64,000 nt of DNA from assembly GCA_963422745.1 (NCBI GenBank), contig OY730477.1, positions 1,400,880-1,464,879 of the forward strand, given 5' to 3'. Position 1 is the stretch's first letter; every line of letters begins with the position of its first letter. A program made the translations under genes and the position numbers. Positions 9,070 through 18,561 of the stretch are shown in pieces. The notes beneath the pieces are model-generated. The model was not told the DNA's origin. It was given only the letters and a program-made list of their open reading frames with translations, and searched no databases. Source of the DNA: Acidimicrobiales bacterium. GTDB lineage: Bacteria > Actinomycetota > Acidimicrobiia > Acidimicrobiales > Aldehydirespiratoraceae.

Positions 9070-10006
9070 TGACTCGGCGCGTCTGCTGGTGGATCACGGC
9101 GATTCGGTCACCCACGCCGTGTTCACAGATCTGCCCAACATCCTCACACCCGGTGACCTAGTCGTGGTCAACAACACGCGGGTGTTTCCCGCTCGCCTTC
9201 CGATCCGCAGAGCGACCGGCGGCAAAGGCGAGGTCCTGTTGTTGGAACAACACCACGATGGCTGGTGGCAGGCACTGGTGAGACCCTCCGCCAAACTCGC
9301 GCCCGGCTCGTTGGTCACCGCGAATGGTCTGGGCGTGGAGATCGGTTCCGATCTCGGCGAAGGCAGACGTCTCGTCCGGCTCGATCCCGGCGATCGCGGG
9401 TTGTTTGAGGCGCTCTCAGAGGTCGCTCTGGTGCCCTTGCCGCCCTACATCAACAATCCGATCGCCGACCCCGACCGCTATCAGACCGTTTTTGCCGATC
9501 GTCCGCTGTCGGTCGCCGCACCCACCGCGAGTCTGCACTTCACCCATGACGTACTCAGAGAGCTTGCCGCCCGCGGCATCGAAATCGCAACTATCGAACT
9601 CGCCGTCGGCGTTGACACCTTCCGGCCCGTAATGGTCGAGCGGCTCGATGACCACGAAATGCACAGTGAGTGGTACAGGATCCCGCCGCCGACGATGGCC
9701 GCCGTCTTGGCAGCAAATCGTGTTGTTGCTGTGGGCACAACGGTAGTTCGTGCCCTTGAATCGTGGGCTGCGACTGGCGTAGCAGAGGGCCGTAGCGACC
9801 TCTTTATCCGACCTGGGCACGACTGGCGGATCGTGGACGTTGTCTTGACCAACTTCCATCTCCCGCGCTCGACGTTGCTGTGCCTCGTTGGTGCCTTTGT
9901 CGGCGAACGTTGGCGTCAGCTATACGGATCGGCGCTCTCGGAGGGCTACCGCTTTCTCAGCTTCGGCGATGCCATGTTGTTGACCCGGAGGCTCAGACAC
10001 TCATGA
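8987..10006 (+). CDS. queA: S-adenosylmethionine:tRNA ribosyltransferase-isomerase QueA
   Basis: VSGLRDTIDDIDYVLPVEAIAQTPVVPRDSARLLV matches the conserved QueA N-terminus (DFDY.LP.ELIAQ.P...RD.SRLL). GAAGG lies 7 nt upstream of GTG 8987. The track ORF start at 8894 lies inside repeat copy 3. Confidence 0.9.
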   Translation: MSGLRDTIDDIDYVLPVEAIAQTPVVPRDSARLLVDHGDSVTHAVFTDLPNILTPGDLVVVNNTRVFPARLPIRRATGGKGEVLLLEQHHDGWWQALVRPSAKLAPGSLVTANGLGVEIGSDLGEGRRLVRLDPGDRGLFEALSEVALVPLPPYINNPIADPDRYQTVFADRPLSVAAPTASLHFTHDVLRELAARGIEIATIELAVGVDTFRPVMVERLDDHEMHSEWYRIPPPTMAAVLAANRVVAVGTTVVRALESWAATGVAEGRSDLFIRPGHDWRIVDVVLTNFHLPRSTLLCLVGAFVGERWRQLYGSALSEGYRFLSFGDAMLLTRRLRHS

Positions 10007-10016
10007 GACACAGCAA

Positions 10017-11132
10017 ATGAAGGCTGTATTCGCCGAAACCGCTCGGCAAGACGATGCCCGCTGCGGTGTCGTCACAACCGCCCGAGGAGACTTCACCACA
10101 CCTGTTTTCATGCCGGTCGGTACTCGCGGAGCGATTCGGCATCTGGCCTCGTCGGATCTGGAAGAACTCGGAGCCCAGGTGGTTCTCGCCAATACCTACC
10201 ACCTGATGCTTCGACCCGGTCCCGAAATCGTGGCACGCCTTGGGGGAATCCACACCTTCGCAGACTGGCACGGGCACGTGATCACCGACAGTGGCGGCTT
10301 TCAGGTTCATTCGCTGAGTCCCGATGTTGATGACGAAGGTGCCAGATTCAAGTCTGTGTACGACGGCAGCTCACATCTGCTTACCGCCGAAAGCGCGGTG
10401 GCGATCCAAGCGTTGATTGGTGCGGACATTCAGATGGCGCTTGATGTCTGTCCCTCGGCGGTGGCGGAACGTCGGGTCGTGGCAGCAGCAGTTGAGCGCA
10501 CGGGACTCTGGGCCGAACGCGCCAGGCAAGCGTTCTTGGATCATCCCGACGCAGGCAAACGTCAGTGTCAATTCGGGATTGTCCAAGGAGGCACCCACAC
10601 AGAACTACGGGTTCGGTCCGCGCGGCAGATCACAGATATCAGCTTCGATGGTTACGCGATCGGCGGCCTGTCCGTGGGTGAGGACCGAGTCGAGATGCTT
10701 CACGGCCTTGATGCTTGTATTGCAATGCTGCCTTTGGACAGGCCCCGCTACCTGATGGGTGTGGGCGACCCTGTTGGCATCATTGAGTCGGTTGCGCGGG
10801 GCGTTGACATGTTCGATTGCGTGATGCCAACCAGGTTGGCCCGCCATGGCACGGTTCTCACCGACCTGGGTCGCTACAACCTGCGTCGCTTGCAGTTCGC
10901 CGCGGATGACGATCCGATCGATCCAACGTGGCCCGAGAGCCCGGCCTCGCGCTGGAGCAAGGGATATCTGCGTCACCTGTTATTGACACGCGAGCCCACC
11001 GCGGCCCGCATCATCACCTTGCACAATCTCGGATGGATGGGTCGGTTTATGAACCGGATCGGGGCAGCCATCCGAGTTGGCGGTTTCGAGGAGTTTCGTG
11101 CGGGTGTACACGCAGCGTGGTCGGACCGGTAG
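10017..11132 (+). CDS. tgt: tRNA-guanine transglycosylase (queuine tRNA-ribosyltransferase)
   Basis: TPVFMPVGTRGA, ANTYHLMLRPG, ITDSGGFQV, YLMGVGDP and DMFDCVMPTR motifs. The zinc CxCxxC motif is absent (see findings). Confidence 0.92.
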   Translation: MKAVFAETARQDDARCGVVTTARGDFTTPVFMPVGTRGAIRHLASSDLEELGAQVVLANTYHLMLRPGPEIVARLGGIHTFADWHGHVITDSGGFQVHSLSPDVDDEGARFKSVYDGSSHLLTAESAVAIQALIGADIQMALDVCPSAVAERRVVAAAVERTGLWAERARQAFLDHPDAGKRQCQFGIVQGGTHTELRVRSARQITDISFDGYAIGGLSVGEDRVEMLHGLDACIAMLPLDRPRYLMGVGDPVGIIESVARGVDMFDCVMPTRLARHGTVLTDLGRYNLRRLQFAADDDPIDPTWPESPASRWSKGYLRHLLLTREPTAARIITLHNLGWMGRFMNRIGAAIRVGGFEEFRAGVHAAWSDR

Positions 11133-11156
11133 TCTGCATGCGTTCGCATTACCTCA

Positions 11157-11492
11157 GTGAAGGTGCAGACCATGGAAACACTGATCTTTTTAGGCGCGAT
11201 GGTCGGGCTATTTTACTTCGTGCTGATCCGACCACAGCAAAACAGAATAAAGGCACATAGGGCGCTTATTCGGTCGTTGGAGGTGGGGGACATGGTCGTC
11301 ATGAGTTCGGGAATCCACGGTGCGGTGGCTCTTATTGACGCTACCGAGAAGATCGTGTGGCTTGAGGTGGCGCCCAACCTGGAGTTGAAGTTCTCAATGT
11401 CGTCAGTCAGTGAACGCGTGGACGACTCGGAGATCATGGAAGTCGACGACGAAGACGACGAATCTGAAGCAAACGACGAAGACTCGCGCTGA
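11157..11492 (+). CDS. yajC: preprotein translocase subunit YajC
   Basis: A single TM helix followed by FYFVLIRPQQNRIKAHRALIRSLEVGDMVVMSSGIHG. Acidic C-terminal tail. ATG 11172 is an alternative start. Confidence 0.88.
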   Translation: MKVQTMETLIFLGAMVGLFYFVLIRPQQNRIKAHRALIRSLEVGDMVVMSSGIHGAVALIDATEKIVWLEVAPNLELKFSMSSVSERVDDSEIMEVDDEDDESEANDEDSR

Positions 11493-11619
11493 GGGCTCGC
11501 TGGTGGCCCTTGAGATGTTGAGCCCCGATGATTTCTGCGTCGCAGTTGATGGTCTGCACGGCCAGGCTGTTCATTGGCGGGGTTCGCGCGGTCGCGCTCT
11601 TCAGGGAATGTTCGGCTAG

Positions 11620-13098
11620 ATGAAACGTCCGGCCGCTTCGGTGGTGATGATCACGTTGTTGGCTGTGGCTGGGGTCGTGTACACACTGGTCGCGGGCAAC
11701 GAACCGCTCTTGGGTCTGGATCTTCAGGGTGGGGCTTCGGTAGTACTCGAACCCGACGATGACGAGGTACCCGACGATTCGTTGGACCAAGCCGTCGAGA
11801 TCATCCGAAATCGGATCGACGGGCTGGGTGTGCGCGAGCCCGAGATAAGCCGCCAGGGTTCAACCATCCTGGTTCAGATACCCGGCGTTACCGAACAGGC
11901 TCGGGCTATCGAATTGGTGGGGCAAACAGCCGAATTGCGATTCCGCCCGGTATTGGCCGACGGCTTTGCGGGCGCGGAGTTCTCTGAGGCATCGGTGGCG
12001 GGATGCCCCAACGCAGCGGCGGTGATAACTGGTGAGCCGACCCCAGATGGTGACGCCGATGTGTGCATCGTTGGCGTCAGCAAACGCGACCCGCAAATCA
12101 CCTATTTGCTCGGTCCGGCACCGCTTCTGAGGGCACAGCCCGATGGCGGCGGTGAGCGCCTCAATGGGGAGGTGCTTGAGACCGCCTCAGCCCGATTCTT
12201 GGTTCCCGAATGGCAGGTCAGCCTCGTTTTCAAAGCCGGTTCTCCAGGAATCGATGACTTCAACGCCCTCGCCGAGCTCTGTGTCGCCGGAACCGGGGTG
12301 TGCCCAGCCACTAGCAGCGATTCTACCTCCGGGCGTTTCGTGGGCAGGCTCGCCATAGAAATTGACGGCATCGTAGAAAGCGCTCCGACGGTGCAAGATG
12401 CCCGGTTCGAGCGCGATCGGGTGTCGATAAGCGGCGGTGGCATGGACGAATCCGAGGCTAAGGATCTTGCCTTGGTTCTGCGTTTTGGGGCTTTGCCGGT
12501 TGAGCTCACACCGCAGGAGAGCAGGCAAGTATCGTCAACACTCGGATCCGACGCACTTGACGCCGGAGTGCTTGCAGGTCTCGTGGGGCTGGTCTTGGTG
12601 TCAATCTATCTGATCTTCTACTACCGGATGCTGGGCGTAGTCGCGATCCTCAGCCTGGCTATCTCCGGGGCGTTGCTGTGGACAATTATCGCCTGGCTTG
12701 GTGAGTCCAGAGGACTGGCCCTGACCCTCGCCGGGGTAACCGGACTAATCGTTTCGGTGGGTGTGTCGGTCGATTCCAATGTTGTGTATTTTGAGCACCT
12801 CAAAGAGGACGTGAAGCACGGTCGAGCCGTTCGGTCCGCAGTTGAGCGAGCATTTCCGGTGGCGTACTCAACAATCGTCAAGGCCGATGTGGCTAGCCTG
12901 ATCGCAGCCGTCGTTTTGTACTTCTTGACCGTGGGGCAGGTGAAAGGCTTCGCATTGTTCCTGGGGCTTGCCACGGTCATCGACTTGGTCGCCACGTACT
13001 TCTTCATGGGCCCGGCTATCCGAATGATGGTGGCGCGACCATGGATCTACGAAAAGCCCTCCAGGTTCGGTATCCCGTCGGGAGGTACCGGGTCGTGA
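11620..13098 (+). CDS. secD: protein translocase subunit SecD
   Basis: LGLDLQGGASVVLE, IIRNRIDGLGVREPEI and a C-terminal six-TM block (YRMLGVVAILSL...). Adjacent to yajC and secF. Confidence 0.93.
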   Translation: MKRPAASVVMITLLAVAGVVYTLVAGNEPLLGLDLQGGASVVLEPDDDEVPDDSLDQAVEIIRNRIDGLGVREPEISRQGSTILVQIPGVTEQARAIELVGQTAELRFRPVLADGFAGAEFSEASVAGCPNAAAVITGEPTPDGDADVCIVGVSKRDPQITYLLGPAPLLRAQPDGGGERLNGEVLETASARFLVPEWQVSLVFKAGSPGIDDFNALAELCVAGTGVCPATSSDSTSGRFVGRLAIEIDGIVESAPTVQDARFERDRVSISGGGMDESEAKDLALVLRFGALPVELTPQESRQVSSTLGSDALDAGVLAGLVGLVLVSIYLIFYYRMLGVVAILSLAISGALLWTIIAWLGESRGLALTLAGVTGLIVSVGVSVDSNVVYFEHLKEDVKHGRAVRSAVERAFPVAYSTIVKADVASLIAAVVLYFLTVGQVKGFALFLGLATVIDLVATYFFMGPAIRMMVARPWIYEKPSRFGIPSGGTGS

Positions 13099-14240
13099 TC
13101 AAGGCTTTCCGCAAGCTCTACCGAGGCGATCACCAACTCGACTTCCCGAAGATGTGGCCCAAAGCGCTTATTGGCTCGGGGGTGGCGCTGGTCATCAGCC
13201 TGGGTGCACTGTTCGTCGGGGGTCTGAACCTCGGCATTGAGTTTGAGGGCGGCACCGCCTGGGAGGTGAACGCCCCAGGCCGGTCCGTGGCCGACGCCCG
13301 CGACGTGCTTGCAGGTACGGGTGCCGACACAGGCAAGATCCAGACGGTCGGTACCGAAGTCATCAGAGTTCGTGCCGATATTGAAGACCCCGAAGGCGTC
13401 GAAGCGGTCACCAAGAGGTTGGCGGAATGGGTCGGTGTCAACCCAGACGATGTCAGCGTTACCACGGTGGGCCCGAGTTGGGGAGATCGGATCACAAACA
13501 AGGCTCGCACAGCGCTGCTCTGGTTCTTCGTGATCGTTGCTTGCTATATCGCCATTCGGCTCGAGTGGAAGATGGCAGTAGGTGCCCTCGCTGCGGTCGC
13601 TCACGACATCGTGATCTCGGTTGGGGTGTATGCGGTCTTTCGGTTTGAGGTCACTCCGGCCACCGTCATCGCCTTTCTGACGATCATGGGGTATTCGCTT
13701 TACGATACGATCGTCGTTTACGACAAGATCCGAGACGTTGCCTCAAGACTCGCCGTCACGGGTCGTTACACATACACCGAGATGATGAACCTGTCACTGA
13801 ATCAGGTGCTCATGCGCTCGATCAACACCTCGATCACGTCTATGCTGCCGGTGTTGTCAATGCTGGTCATCGGCTCGTTCATCTTGGGCGCGCTCACCTT
13901 GCAGGAATTCGCCATTGCTTTGCTCGTTGGTATCGGCGTCGGTACCTATTCCTCTATTTTCGTGGCCTCGTCGCTGGTGGCTTTCATGAAAGAACGTGAG
14001 GAAGCACATGTCTTGGTGGCCCGCAAAGTGGCAACCCGTAGCGGCGACTCGGGACCAGACACCAGAACCGTTAGCGACGACGACATTTTGCTCGGTGGTA
14101 TCCCGACTCGTTCGACACGCCCAGCAGGCTCGGCCAGGCCCGCCCGGCCAGCAGGCTCGGCCAGGCCCGCCCGGCCAGTGGCAAAGCCTCGCCCGAGTGG
14201 TCAGCCGCCGCGGCCCCGAAAGAAAAAGGGAAAGCGCTAG
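13095..14240 (+). CDS. secF: protein translocase subunit SecF
   Basis: LNLGIEFEGGTAWEV and a TM block (GPSWGDRITNKA...YSLYDTIVVYDKIRD). GTG 13095 overlaps the secD stop (GTGA) and has GGAGGT 8 nt upstream. The track ORF from 13041 is less likely. Confidence 0.9.
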   Translation: MIKAFRKLYRGDHQLDFPKMWPKALIGSGVALVISLGALFVGGLNLGIEFEGGTAWEVNAPGRSVADARDVLAGTGADTGKIQTVGTEVIRVRADIEDPEGVEAVTKRLAEWVGVNPDDVSVTTVGPSWGDRITNKARTALLWFFVIVACYIAIRLEWKMAVGALAAVAHDIVISVGVYAVFRFEVTPATVIAFLTIMGYSLYDTIVVYDKIRDVASRLAVTGRYTYTEMMNLSLNQVLMRSINTSITSMLPVLSMLVIGSFILGALTLQEFAIALLVGIGVGTYSSIFVASSLVAFMKEREEAHVLVARKVATRSGDSGPDTRTVSDDDILLGGIPTRSTRPAGSARPARPAGSARPARPVAKPRPSGQPPRPRKKKGKR

Positions 14241-14298
14241 CGGCTCGGCTGCTGCTCTCTTATACCCGTAGGTGCGCCCACGGCGATAGGTTTGTGAA

Positions 14299-14850
14299 GT
14301 GGCTTCCAGTGCCGCCGACACCATCGCCGGGTTGATCCGTGACATCGCCGACTTCCCGCAGCCGGGTGTCATGTATAAGGACATCACCCCACTTCTGGGC
14401 GATCCCGCCGGGTTTGGCTTGGCCGTTGATTTGATGACGGAGCCATGGCTTGACGACGGCATCGAAACGGTGGCCGGAATAGAAGCCCGAGGCTTCATCC
14501 TCGGCCCCGCCGTGGCGCGAACCCTCGGAGCGGGTTTCGTACCCGTACGTAAGGCGGGGAAATTGCCCTGGTCAACGTTCTCGGTGTCCTACGACCTCGA
14601 ATACGGCGTCGACACCGTGGAATTACACACCGACGCACTCGCTGCGGGCCGTCGCACGTTGGTAATCGACGATGTCTTGGCTACCGGGGGTACAGCCGCC
14701 GCGACTGCGCGCCTTATCAAAAGTACCGAGGCCAACCTGGTGGGCTTCGGCTTCTTGTTGGAACTGGGTTTCCTCACTGGTAGGGCGGTACTCGGCGGTG
14801 ACCATCGCATTGAGGTGGTTCTGACGGTGCCCGAAACCGAACGGTTGTGA
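14299..14850 (+). CDS. apt: adenine phosphoribosyltransferase
   Basis: IRDIADFPQPGVMYKDITPLL, GIEARGFILG and the PRPP loop LVIDDVLATGGTAAA. Confidence 0.95.
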   Translation: MASSAADTIAGLIRDIADFPQPGVMYKDITPLLGDPAGFGLAVDLMTEPWLDDGIETVAGIEARGFILGPAVARTLGAGFVPVRKAGKLPWSTFSVSYDLEYGVDTVELHTDALAAGRRTLVIDDVLATGGTAAATARLIKSTEANLVGFGFLLELGFLTGRAVLGGDHRIEVVLTVPETERL

Positions 14851-17084
14851 CCTTGACTGGCCCGGCAGTGACACGGGTTCTACCTTGGCGACGTTCTGCC
14901 AACCGGCCAGCGTCTATAGGGATCGCTGGCCTGCTCGATTTGTACAGTCAGCGCTGGCCACGCGCTGATACTGCACTGATCGAATCGGCCTTTGCTATGG
15001 CGGCACAAGCCCATGAGGATCAGTACCGCAAGTCCGGGGAACCTTACATCCGTCATCCCGTGGCTGTTGCGACGATCGTCGCCCGTCAAGGCCTCGACGA
15101 CATCGCAGTTGCGGCAGCCCTGCTGCATGATGCGGTGGAAGACACCGGTATCACCCTTGAAGTCCTCAATGAGCGTTTCGGTCCGGACCTGGCTCGCATC
15201 GTTGACGGGGTCACGAAACTCGACCGGGTGCAATTCGACTCAAAGGAGCAGCAGCAGGCCGCCACGATGCGCAAGATGATCGTGGCCATCGCCCAGGACA
15301 TCCGGGTCCTGATCATCAAACTGGCGGATCGGCTACACAACCTTCGAACGATCGCAGTGTTACCGCCGTTCAAACAGGAACGTACCGCCCGCGAGACGCT
15401 CGACGTGTACGCGCCATTGGCGCATCGACTGGGGATGGAGGACCTCAAAGTCCAACTTGAAGACCTGTCTTTCGCTGCTCTGGAGCCACGCCGCTACGCG
15501 GAGATCGACCAGATGATCCAACAGCGGGCACCCGAACGCGATCTGTACCTGACCCAGATCATCGGCGATGTCCAGGCCCGACTGGCCGAGTTGGGCATTC
15601 GTGCCCAAGTTAACGGCCGGCCCAAACATCTGTGGTCCATCTACGAAAAGATGGTGGTGAAGGGCCGTTCGTTCGATGAGATCTTTGACCTCATCGCAAT
15701 TCGTGTCATCGTCGGCTCGGTCCGGGATTGCTACGCAGCGCTTGGCTCTATCCACGCCATCTGGCGGCCGGTACAGGGCCGTTTCAAGGACTACATTGCG
15801 ATGCCCAAGTTCAACCTCTATCAGTCGTTGCACACGACCGTGGTGGGTCCGCTCGGCAAGCTCTTGGAGGTGCAACTACGGACCCGCGAGATGCACGAAC
15901 GTGCCCAGTACGGAGTCGCCGCGCACTGGGACTACAAAGATGATGGCGCAGGCGGTGATCTGGCGTGGCTGAGCCGGATCATGGAATGGCAGTCCGAAAC
16001 CTCAGACCCCTCGGAGTTCATGTCGAATCTGAAGTTCGACCTCGACCAGGACGAGGTATTCGTCTTCACGCCACGCGGCAAGGTGATCGAACTGCCCGCA
16101 GGGGCAACGCCTGTGGATTTCGCCTACACGATCCACACTGATGTCGGCCATTCCTGCATTGGTGCAAAGGTCAACGGGCGTCTGGTGCCGCTGCATTCAA
16201 GGCTCGAGTCGGGGGACATGGTGGAGGTGATGACCTCCAAGGTGCAAGGTGCAGGACCGAGTCGCGACTGGTTGAAGTTCGTCGCTAGCCGACGTACCGC
16301 CAACAAGATTCGCCAGTGGTACACCCGCGAGCGCCGCGCAGACGCCATTGAGAACGGTCGCGATGACCTGATCGAGGCCTTGAGACGCGAGGGACTCCCA
16401 GCGCGACGGGTCATCAAGGAACGAGCCTTCACCCAGGCGTGCTCCCAGCTCAACTATGCAGACAGCAATGCTCTGTTCGCAGCTATTGGTGAAGGCCACG
16501 TAGGCACGGAGTCTGTGGTCGACCGCATCACCAGGGAACTACGAGGTGGCGTGGAACCCGACAAGGAGCGGCTGCCCACCACGGCCACAAGGCGCGCTGA
16601 AACACGGCGACGCAATGGTGTCGCCGCAGGGGTCCACGTTGAGGGCCTCGACGACATACTGGTTCGCCTATCACGCTGCTGCGCGCCAGCTCCACCCGAC
16701 GAGATCATCGGTTTCGTCACCCGGGGTCGCGGCGTGTCGGTGCATCGCACCGACTGTCCCAACGCCTCAATGCTGTCCGCGGGCGAACCTGATCGTCTGA
16801 TTGACGTGGAATGGGACGCCGAATACTCAGGCCGATTCCCGACCTCGGTCGAAGTGCTGGCGTTTGACCGCCACAGTCTACTTGTCGACTTGGCCAAGGT
16901 ACTTGCCGACTACGGTATCAACGTCACCGGTGCCACCACCGAGACCGGAGATGATGCCGTTGCCAAATTCCGCTTCGAATTCGACCTCGCAGATGTCAGC
17001 CAACTCGACCCGGTACTCACCTCGCTGATGAACGTGGACGCGGTCTACGATGCTTACCGAGTGCTTGCCGGACATCAGGGCTGA
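14847..17084 (+). CDS. rel: bifunctional (p)ppGpp synthetase/hydrolase (RSH family)
   Basis: HD domain (RHPVAVA...LLHDAVEDT), synthetase block (DLIAIRVIV...FKDYIAMPKFNLYQSLHTTV), and TGS and ACT-like C-terminus. 745 aa. GTGA overlap with apt. Confidence 0.96.
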   Translation: MTLTGPAVTRVLPWRRSANRPASIGIAGLLDLYSQRWPRADTALIESAFAMAAQAHEDQYRKSGEPYIRHPVAVATIVARQGLDDIAVAAALLHDAVEDTGITLEVLNERFGPDLARIVDGVTKLDRVQFDSKEQQQAATMRKMIVAIAQDIRVLIIKLADRLHNLRTIAVLPPFKQERTARETLDVYAPLAHRLGMEDLKVQLEDLSFAALEPRRYAEIDQMIQQRAPERDLYLTQIIGDVQARLAELGIRAQVNGRPKHLWSIYEKMVVKGRSFDEIFDLIAIRVIVGSVRDCYAALGSIHAIWRPVQGRFKDYIAMPKFNLYQSLHTTVVGPLGKLLEVQLRTREMHERAQYGVAAHWDYKDDGAGGDLAWLSRIMEWQSETSDPSEFMSNLKFDLDQDEVFVFTPRGKVIELPAGATPVDFAYTIHTDVGHSCIGAKVNGRLVPLHSRLESGDMVEVMTSKVQGAGPSRDWLKFVASRRTANKIRQWYTRERRADAIENGRDDLIEALRREGLPARRVIKERAFTQACSQLNYADSNALFAAIGEGHVGTESVVDRITRELRGGVEPDKERLPTTATRRAETRRRNGVAAGVHVEGLDDILVRLSRCCAPAPPDEIIGFVTRGRGVSVHRTDCPNASMLSAGEPDRLIDVEWDAEYSGRFPTSVEVLAFDRHSLLVDLAKVLADYGINVTGATTETGDDAVAKFRFEFDLADVSQLDPVLTSLMNVDAVYDAYRVLAGHQG

Positions 17085-17275
17085 GTGCGCCTTGACGAGC
17101 CTTGTGTGAACGGCGTCGGGCCAATGCAGCACAGCGACCGGTAGTGGACCGCTGCGTTTTCGGATGCCTGATTGGACCCGCATTCCTTCGCCATGTCGAG
17201 GTGCCCTCGCGCATGTCCGCCGATGAATCCGGTCCGAGCCGATCCCCTACAGCGGCGTCGATAGCCTGAACTGCA

Positions 17276-18559
17276 ATGAACGCACCAAGATTCAGGGCAC
17301 CGAAGGGCACTCGCGACATCCTTTGGCCTGAATCGGCTCGGCGTCGCGGCCTGCTCGAAGCGTTCGCCAGCCGGGCTATCTCTGCGGGCTTCGGGGAGGT
17401 CGTGTCACCGATGTTTGAGGATTTCGCCGTCTTTGCGAGGCTCGGTGAATTCACCGATGTGGTCGACAAAGAAATGTTCGATTTCTTCGACAAGGGTGAC
17501 CCTCCACAGCATCTGGCACTCAGGCCCGAACTGACGGCTTCGATTTGTCGTGCCTATGCCGAGCACCGGCCGGTACGGCCATGGAAAGTCTGGTACGAGG
17601 GCCCCCAGTTTCGCTACGAGCAGCCCCAAGCAGGTCGGTACCGGCAATTCGGCCAAGTCGGTGTGGAGGTGCTCGGCACCGACGATCCCCAGACCGACAT
17701 TGATGTGATTGCTCTCGCCGTACGGCTATTTGAGGGACTTGGTCTGGAACGGGTCAGGCTCCTGATCAACACGCTGGGCGACGCAGCGTGCCGCGGGGCG
17801 TATCTGAAGGCGTTGCAAGCGTATCTGTTGGACAATTCCGACCGACTCAGCGAGCAGAGCCGTATCACGCTGCAGCGCAGCGCCTTGCGGGTACTTGACT
17901 CGAAACGTGTCGAGGATCGCGAGGTCATCGACTCGGCCCCTTCAATGGCCGACTTCCTTGGTGGGTTTGCAGCCGAGCATTTTGCGACCGTGCAGGCAGG
18001 ACTCGAATTACTCGGCATCGACTTTGAGATCACACCGAGGCTGATCCGCGGCTTGGACTATTACACACGCACTACTTTCGAGTTCGCCTCCGAGGCTTTG
18101 CAGACAGCCCAAAATGCGCTGGGCGGCGGGGGGCGCTACGACGGACTGGTGCAGGACCTGGGTGGTCCGCCAACACCGGGAGTCGGTTTTGCCTTGGGCG
18201 TCGATCGGATCCTGTTGGCGTGCGATGCTGAGCAGGTATTTTCCGCAGCGCCAGCGCCAGTGTCGGTATTTGTGGTCGATACAACCGGTGGTAACCAGGC
18301 ACTGAAAGTGTGTGACTTGCTGCGATCCGACGGAATCTCCGCCGACCGTGGCTACGGCGGGCGTTCCATGAAAGCCCAGATGAGACTCGCGAACCGTTCC
18401 GGGGCGCCGCTCGCGGTGATCGTTGGATCCGAGGAAGTCGCGGCTGGCGAGGTCACCTTACGCGACCTGCGTGGCCAATCCGGCCAACGGCGAGTGTCGA
18501 TCGGATCGCTGGTGGGCGTAGTCTCAGAAGCTCTCCGCATAAAGGCGTTGCCGCAATAA
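17276..18559 (+). CDS. hisS: histidine--tRNA ligase
   Basis: FRAPKGTRDILWPE, LALRPELTASICRAY, FRYEQPQAGRYRQFGQ and GGGRYDGL class II motifs. Confidence 0.96.
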   Translation: MNAPRFRAPKGTRDILWPESARRRGLLEAFASRAISAGFGEVVSPMFEDFAVFARLGEFTDVVDKEMFDFFDKGDPPQHLALRPELTASICRAYAEHRPVRPWKVWYEGPQFRYEQPQAGRYRQFGQVGVEVLGTDDPQTDIDVIALAVRLFEGLGLERVRLLINTLGDAACRGAYLKALQAYLLDNSDRLSEQSRITLQRSALRVLDSKRVEDREVIDSAPSMADFLGGFAAEHFATVQAGLELLGIDFEITPRLIRGLDYYTRTTFEFASEALQTAQNALGGGGRYDGLVQDLGGPPTPGVGFALGVDRILLACDAEQVFSAAPAPVSVFVVDTTGGNQALKVCDLLRSDGISADRGYGGRSMKAQMRLANRSGAPLAVIVGSEEVAAGEVTLRDLRGQSGQRRVSIGSLVGVVSEALRIKALPQ

Positions 18560-18561
18560 CC

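Noticed and set aside
8566-9115. Minus-strand repeat-containing ORFs of 126-153 aa across the queA array, and the + strand ORFs 8541..8783 and 8701..8976
   Set aside because: These are artefacts of reading a 97-bp repeat. The minus-strand products are low-complexity and have no initiation signals. The + strand ORFs are just the decoy queA N-termini with upstream read-in.
13041-13094. Long 5' extensions in the ORF track that overlap upstream genes: secF from 13041, ruvA from 6816, ruvX from 23596, aroE from 25470, pyrR from 30273 and pheS from 55231
   Set aside because: In each case the conserved protein N-terminus begins at an internal start. That start either overlaps the upstream stop by 1-8 nt or has a clear SD. 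The extensions lie inside the preceding gene and encode non-conserved sequence.
17131-17160. T-box-like sequence (GGTAGTGGACCGCTG vs GGGTGGTACCGCG) plus a CAGCG...CGCTG hairpin and TTTT upstream of hisS
   Set aside because: The match is imperfect. The U-run follows the motif directly instead of following a separate terminator 3' strand. I cannot find a Stem I or specifier loop with a His codon in the ~190-nt leader. At most it is a weak rel terminator; an Infernal T-box scan would settle it.
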